Below are positions 35,601 to 47,570 of a stretch of DNA of 64,000 nt, one piece after another. The first letter of the stretch is position 1. Every line of letters starts with the position of its first letter. The notes under the pieces were generated by a model, which was not told where the DNA came from, did no database searches, and saw only the letters and a list, made by a program, of their open reading frames with translations. Made by a program: the position numbers and the translations under genes. Source of the stretch: Azolla caroliniana (Eukaryota; Plantae; Polypodiophyta); contig JBHGNT010000021.1 in the NCBI GenBank assembly GCA_043228905.1, forward strand, positions 5,084,001-5,148,000, written 5' to 3'.

Positions 35601-36112
35601 GCACTATGCTGCATTGGTTGGAATAAGTGTCGGGAAAAACAAAACTGAAGTTGCTAGAGCGGGAGCGAAGTTTTGGTCTACCGTTCTCGAGTATGAGAAC
35701 AAGGGAAAGGTAAGTTCGAACGAGGTCGAGCTTGCATACCGAAGTGTGCAAAGCATAACCGGATGGTCGGATCCTGTGGATGACAACACCATACTCGCGG
35801 AAGTGATGTGTGACAACCACAAGGTGTTCGTGGATGAAAAGAGAAAAAAAATGGAAGGGCAAGAAAACCCATAAAAAAGACATGAAACAAGGAGCGCGAA
35901 AAAGAAAGAAGATGCAAAAACGAGTCGAGCTTTACAAATGGAGGAAGGAGACTCGAGGCGAAAAGGGGAGTCGAGCAAACGAGTCGAAGAAACGGTACAA
36001 CCCGTGAAGGTTGGTGTCAAAGACCCCACTTGGAAGACAAGAATTATGCCTACCTATAAGCTAAGGTCGGACATAGAGCAAACGACAAATTTGAAGAAGA
36101 TTCTCGAGGAAT
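32659..36112 (+). mobile_element. Truncated Trp-primed Ty3-type element: 5' LTR 32659-33755, PBS and decayed gag
   Basis: LTR with inverted ends TGTCGTGAA...TTCACGACA; PBS TGGTGAACCCGACGTGAA 33764-33781; gag fragments (GQFDGRNITKF, GLVADWIAVKRAC) similar to the ORF at 21597; truncated at the hAT fragment. Confidence 0.8.
34612..35353 (-). mobile_element. Solo LTR (about 742 bp) of the same family as 20829/23617
   Basis: Reverse-complement similarity along its length; flanks ACGA and ACGC; it splits the gag frame ATG GTC ACG CTA GCC AAC ATG. Confidence 0.9.
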
Positions 36113-37118
36113 GTGTTCAAGAAGGTAACAAAACGATCAAGAAGACTAGTAAGTGGTCTTGATAGTGAGAATGAAGATAGTGATTTCAACTTGAATATGT
36201 TTCATGGTAATGTGGAAAATGGTAGTTTGGATGAATGCATTAGCATTGGAAAGGACTTTGTCCAACATGTTATTGATGCCTTAAACAATCGTTTCCCGGA
36301 TGTTACATTTTTCAATGCTGTCAAGTTGTTTAATCCCATTGAGGAAAATGAAAGAGAGAAAAAGACAAAGGAATGGTTGCACAAACTTATTGGGAAGTTT
36401 AATATTGATAGGCAAATTGTTGAGATGAAAAGATGCTTTAATGAACGAGAAGATTTTGTTGGTATGCTTGTTAGAATTGCTAAAGGAAGAGGAATGCATT
36501 ATGCATGGGATATTTGTTGCAAAGCACAATCTTGGTGGCAATTATTTCCGGGTATTATGCAATTGTGGCAACTATGTATGACTATTCCTATTAGTACAAC
36601 AGCATGTGAACGAGGTTTTTCACGTCAAAATATCATAAAAATGATATTAGAAACGGTTTATCTTTGGAAACTTTAGATGCTTTGATGTTTATATCCTTGA
36701 ATGCTCAAGATACATCAAACATTTGTTGGAGGGATATATTTAACCTTTGGTTTGAAGAAAAAGAGAGAAGGATAGTATCATTGAAGTAGACACATATTGC
36801 ACAATGCTTAATATGAGGAGTCACGATATGATAAACATTTTTTGTGTTTTTTGCGCTTTAAGAAATATATGATGATTTAAGTATTCAATTTGTATGATTT
36901 CATTATCTTTGTGAGGTAGTTATGTTTATTTGTGTATCTTTGTATACTTTCTTTAGTAATAAATTGTATAATAATGAAGCATCATATAGAGCTTTTCATT
37001 ATTAAAACTTGTATGTCAAATGGCATGTTTGTTTTTGCACTCTCATGTCCTATGACATACATATTTAAAAAATGCCCGTCAAAAAACTTAAAGACTAACC
37101 TGTCAAATCCAGGCCTTG
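36113..37118 (+). mobile_element. hAT DNA transposon 3' portion (transposase dimerisation domain and probable right TIR)
   Basis: LNNRFPD...LWQLCMTIPISTTACERGFSRQNIIK matches the hAT C-terminal motif. Candidate terminus ...TCCAGGCCTTG at 37118. Confidence 0.75.
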
Positions 37119-37119
37119 G

Positions 37120-40100
37120 TTAGTATCTAGTAAAGAATAACGTTGAGTAATTTGTTGCTCAACTAAATTGGAGAAGCGGGAAGAGTTGGCGCGCTCCAAA
37201 AAGGTATCTTCTACTATAAAAGGACTCACTCCACCTTCAAAGTCCTTGCTCCTTCTTTGCGATGGAGTTTCCTTCTGCTCCAAGGATTTGTTTTCATCGC
37301 CATCTCGTTGCACGCCAAACTGTTGACATTGATGGTCGCGCTTCTCCTTTTATTGACCTCGCCTCCTGCTGGTTGTGGTGTTGATGACAGCATTGTTGCT
37401 CCATGTTCTACTACTGATCACGAGGTTGTTGATGGCCATGTTGATGTTGGTGGCAATGCCGATGGTGACCGAGCTGATGGTCGTTCTGGTCATGGCCGAG
37501 CTTTTGGTGGTGGTGATGGTCATGGTTGAGCTGATGGTGATGGTGGTCGAGTTACTAATCATGTAGATGATCGAGAGGATGTTGATAGTGTGGAGGGTCA
37601 TTCTGATTTTGTGGAGAATGATCATGCTGAATTTGTGGAGGATGATCATGTTGATCATGTCAAGGATGTTCGTCTTCATGCGGCTTCATCATAAATGTTG
37701 ATGCGGGAATGAATTTGACTTCTTTATTCTGTCGACTTTCTAGAGTTTTCATTCACCATCGACTTTCACTTATGTTAGCTACTCTTTCTAAATCCTTCAC
37801 TAAAATCTCTTGATAATTTTCGCGATTTTGATGAGATTTCCACAACCAATCTTTCTTTTCCTTATCTATTGTATGCGTCTCGTGTGTGTCTTCACAGTGA
37901 TCGGAATCCTTGTTTGTAAGGGTAGGTCGGAATGTTGTATAGGTAATGAGTTACTCCTACATCCTCATCTTCTGCTAGAACTTCAGCATGTTTGCGATGT
38001 TGGAACTACTTCGAAACACTCCTTGTGATCGGACCACCATAATTTTCTATTTTGGAAACATTTGGAGTAATTAGATCATTAATGTTTAAATTTTGCTTAA
38101 AGTCGTGTACCTCATGTTGTGTTTGTTGCTCAAGTACATTAATTTCATCAAATATGACTAATCGGCTAAACAAAAACTTGTGTGTATGTAGATCAAATAA
38201 TTTGTATGCTTTAACTCTAGAAGATTCACCATATCCATCAAAAATACATTTTCTAGTATGAGGATCTAATTTCTTCCTTTTCTCTATAGGTACATGACTG
38301 TAGTGATTGAACACTCGTAGATGACTAAGGTTAGGTTTATGCTTAAACCAAAGTGAATATGGTGTTTCCAGACCGAGTATCTTATGTGGTGATCGGTTTT
38401 GCAGGTAACATGCAATGTCAACAGCTTCTTACCAAAATTGAAGAGGCATTCCAGCAACTTGAATCATACTTCAACATACATCTAGGAGGGTTCAATTGTT
38501 GCGCCCAACTATACCATTCTGTTGTGGGTTGTATGGTACAGCATGCTCATGCCTTATTCCATTTTCTTCACAAAACCTCGTCCATTCAAGAGATTGCATC
38601 GGTCCACATAGGTCTGAATGAATTAGTTGTAGTGGTCATTCCATCCTTTTCTGTTTGCCTTTTGGAAACTTCTGTCGACATTGCTTGTCGTAGATGCATC
38701 CCTCACATATTGATATATATCTAAATTACTTCATTGGAATTCCTTCGAATAATTTATGAACTTGACCAATCTTCATCGCCTTCGGGTTGAGATGCCCGAG
38801 TCGATGATGCCAAAGCATTGTAGGATCAATGTGTGCAGCGCCTGACGCAAAGAGGGCTTGTATAGGACTTTTGTCCATCATTTGTAAAGGGTAGAGTCTT
38901 CCAGATTCGGGGCAAGTCACTCTTAACATCTCACTAGTAGGTAATTCATGAGAAATATGCAAAATTATTATTGAATTGTATATGTACTTGTTCCATTTTT
39001 TATTGCTTCACTTATGGATATTAAGTTTCTCATTACACCTGGAACATAAGAAACATTTGGGATGCTCACCATCTTTGATTTGTTTAGAGACAAGTGTACT
39101 TCCCCTTTGCCAATGACAACTTTTGTGCCATGGTCGCCGAATGTAACTTGGAGTGCTTGTAGAAGGGGGCAATAGTTATGTAGAAGATTTTTGTTATTTG
39201 TCAAGTGATGCGTCGCCCAAGTGTCGAAGAACCAAAGGTTGCCATTGCCTATCTTTTGATTCACTTGACCTTCATTTGCATCACTTGTAAAAGCTTGAAT
39301 AAAATTATTTTCTTCATCTTCTTCACAATAGCTCAGATTATCATTTTGTAATGATGCACTATGTATTTGAGGATAAGACTTCTTCCCTTTCCTTTTCAGA
39401 TCAAATTGCTTCTTTCTACAATCCTTTTCAAATTACAATACCTACATGTTGTCACGGATCATAAACTCAAGAGACAAGCAAGAAGATAACCAAATGGACA
39501 AGAAAGAAGATAGTATTAAAGGAAAGACTCCATAACTGGTGTTGTTCACCTTGAATTCCTTCAAGGTGAACTCCTCTATTTATACTACATGGCATGCATA
39601 CTTGTTGCACGCATGTGAATCTACAATAGAGCATGTAGGTATGCATGCATGTGCCAAGTGTAAATACTACAAGGGAGCAACTATGCACATGATGCTAGCA
39701 AAATAATGACCATTTACATACATAACTAGTACTAGATATCTTGGTTAACTCATAATACTAGATTATAACATGGTCGTGTCAAGAGTTCGAATCTTGACAT
39801 TATCCCCCCTCTTGCGCCGCCTTCCCAAATCGGCCGTTGGTTTGTGGGGATATCGGTGATGAAAATCTTGGACGACCTCTGGGGCATTTTGTAAATTTGC
39901 CGATGGTTCCCATGTGGCCTCAGACATGGGGTAACCCCTCCATAGGACGAGGTATTGCAAGTGTCGACGGTGCCAACGCGAGTCAAGGATTTGGTCGACC
40001 TCGTATTCCTCCCCTGTCGTCAATTGCACAGGTGGTGTGGTGGGGCTTGACGTCCTGGGAGTTGTGAAGCATAATGGGGTTCGAGGAGGGAGACATGAAA

Positions 40101-41782
40101 AACATCGTGAATCCGGAAGTGGGATGGAAGAGCGAGCCGGAAGGCGACGGGATTGATGCACTCGATGATACGGAATGGTCCCAACTTCTTGTAATCAAGT
40201 TTCGCACATGGACGAGTAGTAGAGATGTGTCGACGTAACAACCAGACCATGTCTCCAACGACAAAGTGTGGAGTGGAAGATCGATGGCGATCAGTTATGG
40301 AGTCTTTCCTTTAATACTATCTTCTTTCTTGTCCATTTGGTTATCTTCTTGCTTGTCTCTTGAGTTTATGATCCGTGACAGTTTGTTCACCTTGAATTCC
40401 TTCAAGGTGAACTCCTCTATTTATACTACATGGCATGCATACTTGTTGCACGCATGTGAATCTACAATAGAGCATGTAGGTATGCATGCATGTGCCAAGT
40501 GTAAATACTACAAGGGAGCAACTATGCACATGATGCTAGCAAAATAATGACCATTTACATACATAACTAGTACTAGATATCTTGGTTAACTCATAATACT
40601 AGATTATAACATGGTCGTGTCAAGAGTTCGAATCTTGACACATGTGATTGTAGATATCGTCAAGCCTCCCATTCCACTTTATTTGTTCTTTTGTTGAAAC
40701 TTCTGGTTGTTTGAAAACCGTTGGAATTTTTGCTTCGCAAAGTTGCCTCAATTATTTCTCCTTGAGGCTGCCATGGCCATGTGGCTAGCTCGTGTTGTGA
40801 ACTTGTTCTTTTCCTTTGTAGTTCATCCTACTTTAACTTTGCTACTAAATTTTGTAAATTTAAATTTTTGTCTTCACTGTGAATACTTATAAAGGTCATC
40901 CATGATTTTGGTAGCGCTTCCATTAAAATTTCACATTTGGACATTTCATCGATATTATTACCTGAAGAGATGGCTATGTCTAATTGCTTTTGCCACTTCA
41001 TTATAAATGTGTCAATTTGTTCGCCTTCTTTCATCTGTAAATTCATTAATGCTTTGAACGAAAAAAAAAATAGTTGTCACGTCAGATGGTTGATGAATCT
41101 TTCACAAATACTCCCACATTTCATTTGTTGTGTAAGTTTCGAACATAATCAACTTGCTCATCACTCAAGTGCATTATTATCTCCATTCTAACATCGAGGT
41201 CTTTGCTTTTCCACATGCTCTTCCTAGGTTCTTGTTCAAGCATTTTCATGGGACCATCTATTATATCTTTTAGATTATTACGCTCCATTATCAACTTCAT
41301 CCGTGTCTTCCACATCCTGTAATTGTGAGTAGTTCGTTTCTCAACTACATATTTTCTTACCAAACTTGATATATTTGCAGGATGGTGATTGTTTGATGTA
41401 GATGTGGATAGGTTTTCTAATTCTTCTTCGAACTCCATCTTGCTTAGATCGTTTGGATCAATCCAAGAACAAAATCTTTTGTGTTTTGATTGATGTCTCT
41501 AATTTAGTTTTGATACCATGTAAGAAATCAAGCAATTACACAAGAGATAGGAAGAAGATAACAGGGGGGGGGGGAGAGAGAGAGAGAGAGAGATCAAAAA
41601 CTAATAGTTGTATTTCTCACACCACATGAATAATGGTTACAATGTGTATATAAGAGAGAGAAGATAGTTACAAAACGTTTTTATAAAAGAGGGGTATTTT
41701 AGGAATTATTATTTATTACTTTATTTATCATAATATGTTTTATTTTTACTCCTAATATTATACTTTATTTTATATTCTAACA
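37120..41782 (-). mobile_element. Degenerate Ty1/copia 5' portion (LTR 41519-41782, Met PBS, gag, protease, integrase), RT/RH absent
   Basis: TGATACCA at 41511-41518 next to LTR TGTAAGAA...TTCTAACA; NYRMWKTRM, LQMKEGEQID, WFFDTWATHHLT, LWHHRLGHLN, RKKLDPHTRKCIFDGY. Confidence 0.85.
39450..40640 (-). mobile_element. Internally deleted Tcn1/Tf-like chromovirus (two ~350-bp LTRs, integrase C-terminus and chromodomain) nested in the copia gag knuckle
   Basis: TSD CATGT on both sides; LTRs 39450-39799 and about 40292-40640; PPT (plus TCCCCCCTCTT) at about 39803; KLDYKKLGPF...HDVFHVSLLEP and EEYEVDQILDSR...YLVLWRGYPMSEATWEP. Confidence 0.88.
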
Positions 41783-43080
41783 TATGAAATAATCAAATGA
41801 ATAGATTAGAAACAGAGATTAACAAGGTAACTTCACAAAGATCAAGATCAAGACAGAATTTGAGAAAGAAAGAGACAGAGAGGCAAACAATATGTAACTA
41901 TATTATTCAAACTCAAAGTTACAATGGAGGCAACAATAACAATGAGCTCGGTTACAAAGTTCAGTTTAAATCCAAACTCAACTAGGGCAACTACCCTTTC
42001 CAATATTTACAAATATGGCCTCGAACTAGTCTGTCCAATGGGAGAGTGTGAATACGTTCATTATGAAGTTGTATTCGACACTCCCCCGTAATGGGTGTAT
42101 AGAACAAAAATTTGTAAAAGGAATGAACAAAAATACACATTTATACAAGGTTGGACAATTCGGCTTTTGTCCGGATTCGGGAATGTCCAAAAAACAAGAA
42201 GTCGAATCGACTGAAGCTGAGAGGGCTTAGGTTGAATTAGCTAGTCCGAAAGTGAGTCCTAGCCGGAGAGTCTAAAGTTGAGTCAGATATGCTGATAGCT
42301 GAGTCTCGAAATGTCGATGTCGAATGTCCGAAACCATCCTGAATGTCCAACTCAATCAGACCAATTTCTCAGAACGTCCATCTAGTGCCGAAGAGACCGA
42401 CAATAGTCTATCGGAAGACACTTGGTCATGCCATCTACGTCATTATCAGCGGTAGATATCTTCTTGAGGTTGATTTTCCTTGAAATGACGTAGTCCTAAA
42501 TGAACTGATATCACACATATATATGCTTTGAGGCATTGTGTTGGACCGGATTTCTTGACAAGACGACAAGGTCTTGATTGTCGTTGTAGACAACTGGAGC
42601 CGAATCGGAGTCAGCTTGTTGAAACATGCGCGCCAAATGACCGAGCCATAAGGCCTCTTTCGTCGTGTCGGACACGGTCACATATTCGTGTCGAATACGA
42701 GTGTATAATGGTCGGGCCGTGTAGTGACCATCGCGTACATAAGGGAGCCGACTGCCGGTGCATACGGTACCGACTTCATATCTTCCCCCTCCGGACCGGA
42801 TGTCGGGCAGTCTCGTTGAGACAACCGAAGGTTAATGGGGAGCGGGGTCGAAGCAGACTTGGTCGAGTGCATGTTGAAGCGTTCCAAGACACGTCCGATG
42901 TAGTCGGTTTGAGACAAGAAAAGTTGTCGTTATCGCGATGCTGACTAATCTTCATACCAAGTATGTGTCTTGCCGGACCAAGGTCCTTCATGGCAAACTT
43001 CAACCGCAGTTTCCGAACGAGTTCGGTGAGCTCTCCGGCATGCCAACCGGAGAGTAGCATGTCGTCCACGTTAATGTTGG
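41783..43080 (-). mobile_element. Ty1/copia 3' remnant (RT, RNase H, PPT, partial LTR ending 42080)
   Basis: VDDML, FAMKDLGPARHILGM, VPYAPAVGSLMYAM; RNase H-like VYNDNQ...NPVQHNASKHI at about 42520-42600; PPT (plus CTCCCCC) after GTATTCGACA at 42080. Confidence 0.8.
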
Positions 43081-46000
43081 TCAATGTTATGGTAATCCAA
43101 GTGTTGTTTTACAGAGTGAAAATGTGGGGTGGTATCATCTCACTTATTGCATAGAATGAAATGAAGAAATTTCAAAACTTGTTAGGAGTTAAAATCCTCA
43201 ACAATATTCTACCTTGCCATGCTATCAGAAACGGGTGCTTACCTAAAGAGTATACCAAAATGTCACAAAAGTGCCCAGTCACAAAATGTCAAAACATGTT
43301 TGGAATGTATGAGTCAAGGTACAAAAAACTAATATGAGTAAATTCCTCTCATTTGGAAAGGTGCTTAACATTATGAAATAATTAAAAGGAGGGGGAGCAT
43401 CATATATACATGTATATTGTTAAATGTCAACATTAAAAAATACATTGCAAATGTTAAGCCTTATTGTTTGCCCCTTATGCAATATATAAATGCCAAAATG
43501 TATCCAACCCCATCTTACTACCTCCATGAGCATGGGCTCTCAAAAACGCAAAGGTTCTTTGGTTAGAGTTGCAAAGTCACACGAGTGAAGAAAGCTTGTG
43601 CCTCTTTCCTTTCCCACCTCTTCGAAAGCATTCACACAAGAGAGGTGTTGACGTAGCATCATGGTATCATGACCCAAGTATGAATATATGCAAGGTATAT
43701 AATGAAAACCTAGTGGAGGATGATCAAAACTTACTTCTCGTCACATTATATAATTTCCGAGAAGTATGACTTGTTAAACATGAATGATAATTTGGTGTCA
43801 TACTCAAATCTCCACCAAAAAGGGATAGCACTTATGTGCATGCGTTATATTTCACACGAAGAGTTTTTAATGCAAATTGGTAACCCCCCTTCATACGAAG
43901 GAGTCACGTATACAAGTTGATATGTTTCATCAAACCCATAGGTCAAATTTGACCTTCTCATGGAAGGTAAAAAAAAACTATTCTATTTTCTTTCTATTCA
44001 ACCCCATTCTATATAGGTGCAATGTTTCCTTCACCTATCTTAAACAGCTGAAACTCTTCTTGCAATATGTTGATGTCCTAGGAAACCTCAAAAAACATAT
44101 TTAATCTTCTCATAGGTAGTCGTGGTTCAATGTTCATGTGCCCCTATTATTACTGTATAATAGCAAAATGTTCTCTCATTTTCTTTCATGTTTATGATGT
44201 AGCATTGCGTATGCACCTTGTATATTACAAAATAATAATGTAAGAGAGGGAATAGAAGACATAATATTAAGAGCGTGTCACATACAACATAAGTGACTTG
44301 CTCTATTTTGGATATTATAATATTATACCAAGGATGAATGAGCATGGAGTGAAAAATAAAGCCATTGAATATATTATAGTTTATTGTTAGTCAACACCCT
44401 AATGGACGACGACGATTGATAGTAGTGGATTTGATTTTGGGCTCATTTATCTTTGGCACTAAATACCTAACTAGTCTACTTAACGTAACGAAAATAAAGA
44501 ACTCCGTATTTAAGCTTGATCTCAAGCATTTCCCTTAATATGTAAGGTTGGTCTATACACCAATCTCCTAAACCAGCAAAATATTGTTTTTTGCTCAAGT
44601 GGACCAACACAACTCTTACCTAGGATTATTGTTTCAACTTTTGCATTTCCAAGGGTCAATACCAAGACTTGAGGTTTGCCTTCTTCACATAGGCTATTTG
44701 TGGGTTTGGGGGCATCTCCCTAGAGCCCAAGAAAAACAACACTCGTCAAATTTAAATAATTTATCTCTCAACTACATACCACCATGGAAGACAAGAAGAC
44801 TTCTTAAGGTTAACGCTAGAATGAACAAATGCTTAATCACTACATTTTAAGAAATATTGAGTCTCCATTGAACAAATCACTATCTCCATTGCTCCTGGTT
44901 TTAGGTGTTTCCCAACCGTAACAAGTTTTTGTGTTTGTTGCAATCAATTAATTGGAAGAAAGTGGTTCGTAGTAGAAAGCAAGGGAGAGAATAAGGGCCA
45001 TGAGGTAGATCTACTGTATGGCCACTAAAGGCCCCTTTATAATGAGAGCTCTTTCTTTTTTGTAAACTCTATGGGGGTCCCTTTCACATTACAAACCTAT
45101 TGGCCATCGGGCCATTGCCATGTAATAGAGGTTCCCCTCGCAACCTACAATATAGGCATGCTTATTGCATGCAAGAGGTAGTTCCTACACTAAAGGAATG
45201 TTTCTAGTATATACATATAAGATTATGTTCAATGTCCTAAATTGAAAATCTTACGACATTATTTTCGTAAACATTGGATTGGTTTGTAGAACAACTTAGT
45301 GGTTCGCATAACATAATCTCAATGTAGTAAAGTAACAACTAAGATGCAACTTGTTTGGGTTATTTAGGATTTGATAAATTGTGTGCTCACATAGAAATAG
45401 TATAAGCTTGAAAGCTATCGATATTGGACTGCATTTTAACGTTTTAACAATCAATACAATATTAACATTTTGAGAACATGACAAAATGTGATGAACTAGT
45501 ATGTTTCTATCTAACAATGCAAGCTACAAACATACATGCAATTTTAAGTTGCACCATTACTCTTGGGCAAGAGATGCAAAACATAGTGAATCTATGATAA
45601 TAACTATTGATTCAATCAATTCGCACAAAACACATCAAGATTTAACCTCAATTACATCTACCACTTAACCAAGATGATCATTTTGTTTTTGAATACTTAT
45701 AGCGATAGGGTGTGATTCAAGAGAAGGTTTCCTACTATTTATCCAACCCCACAAATAGTTTGTCTAGACTACATATAGTCATCGCCATCGGTATATCTCT
45801 ATTGTGTTAATGGGTTGTACATTGTAATTACACAAAGTCATTAATAGACAAGGTCCTTAGAAGAAGAAAAGATAAAGTCTAAATGCTGAAAAGTTGGTAA
45901 AGCATCAAATGTTTGACAATGTGCAGCGATACCAATCAATGTTTTATTTGTAACCAATGGTGTAGGATGCACTCGGCTCAATTTTTAAGAAACTAGTAAA

Positions 46001-46611
46001 TCACCAAACACTGGACAATTGTTTGGGGCATGATAAAGACCCATGCATCCATGAGCTCAACCATCACAGGGACAAAAGAGAGTTAGACAGCCCTAAATTG
46101 TAAGAAAAAACCGAAAAGCACCGAAGGTCCAACAATGCTTTTTTCGGGATGATCTCGAGATAAGATAGAAAGAAAGAAAGAAATATTAACGTCTTCTAAA
46201 GTCAAAACAGGCCCATGAGATATTCACAGGCTCGCCCAAATAACAGGCACAAGATTTAACAAGAAAAAAGAGCATGGAACCTCAGGAACTGTCTCAGATG
46301 TGCACGAGGACTTAGGAGCATGAGATGCATTCATTTGGCTGGCAGCCACGGACCTCAGGAACTATCTTGAATGCCTACAAGGAGCTCAAGAAGGTAGGCA
46401 GGCAAGTAGCCATAGGTAGATCTTGTCCAAGGGGGAAAAAAAGCACCAAGAGTGTCGTGGCGGGGTGTGTTTGGATGCGCTTCGAGGCACAAAGTGGTTG
46501 GGGGTTCGAGCACCGAAAGAAGAAAGGCCCCGGACATAAAATAAGCAATGATGGGCATAAATGAGTTAGTGAGTGGAATCTGTCTGTGTATGTCATCTTA
46601 GATAGCCAATT

Positions 46612-46631
46612 ATATACATACATACATACAT

Positions 46632-46662
<31 letters not shown>

Positions 46663-46893
46663 TACATACATACACACACACATATACATACTCATACATA
46701 CATATACATACACATACACACATACATATACACACACACATACATACACATACATATAGATACATACACACATACATTCATACATATACATATAGATACA
46801 TACACACACACATACATACACATACATACATAAATACATGATAATACATATACATGCATGCATACATACATACATACATACATACATACATAC
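46612..46893. repeat. Compound (TACA)n/(CA)n microsatellite
   Basis: Directly visible; it explains the spurious ORFs 46375-47058 and 46692-46982. Confidence 0.95.
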
Positions 46894-47570
46894 TCTGTTT
46901 CTAAGAAAAACTTCAGGACTGACTGTGTGAGAGAGAGAGAGATAAAAAAATATACTCTGTTTCTTAGGATTGAAAGCTTCATACTTCTGAAGTTCTCTCT
47001 GTGTGTGTGTGTGTGTGTATGTGTGCGTTCTTCTTCTTCTTCTTCTTCTTCTTAACAATCACAACCACCCAACATCTGCCTTATTTCTCCATGCCCATTG
47101 CTACTTCATAGCTTTCTTCTGCTTCTTTGAGACCTGAGGTAGAAGGAAGATCATCCACTCGTATTAATCCCCTTGTTTATTTTCTTCTTCTTCTTCTTCT
47201 TCTTCTTTTCTCTCTCTCTCTCTCTCCCCCTCTGCCATGGTCTTCTTCCCCAGTTGAAGCACAACCAAGGAAAGGTAGACAGACTGGAAGGAATACACTC
47301 TGCAATCTAATTTCATTCCCCCCTTTCTTCAAAGCTTACCCGGTTACTCTGTTTGTAAAAGGATGGCTCTTCATTGACATTTTCTGCTTGGCAAGAAGAT
47401 CTACCAAAATTTCCATTCAGTGAGAGAGAGAGAGAGAAAGAAAGAGAGATGATCTGCAACGAGAGGAGAATAGAAGAAGATAATCCCTGAGAAGAATTAT
47501 TTTTTTTCCCTTCTAGTTTGTGTTATCTATCTATACTTTCCTATCTTTTTATATCTATCTATATAGAGAT

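Noticed and set aside
35938-36676. Gag-hAT fusion gene
   Set aside because: An abrupt junction of two truncated, decayed elements with stops and frame changes.
43500-44900. Possible further copia gag/protease remnant
   Set aside because: Too decayed to support with clear motifs or boundaries.
46270-46400. miR159/319-like GGAGCTC motif upstream of SIN3
   Set aside because: Only a short match and no complementary arm found; the region shows a short direct repeat instead.
46375-47058. 227-aa Cys/Val/Tyr/Met-rich ORF
   Set aside because: Translation of microsatellites.
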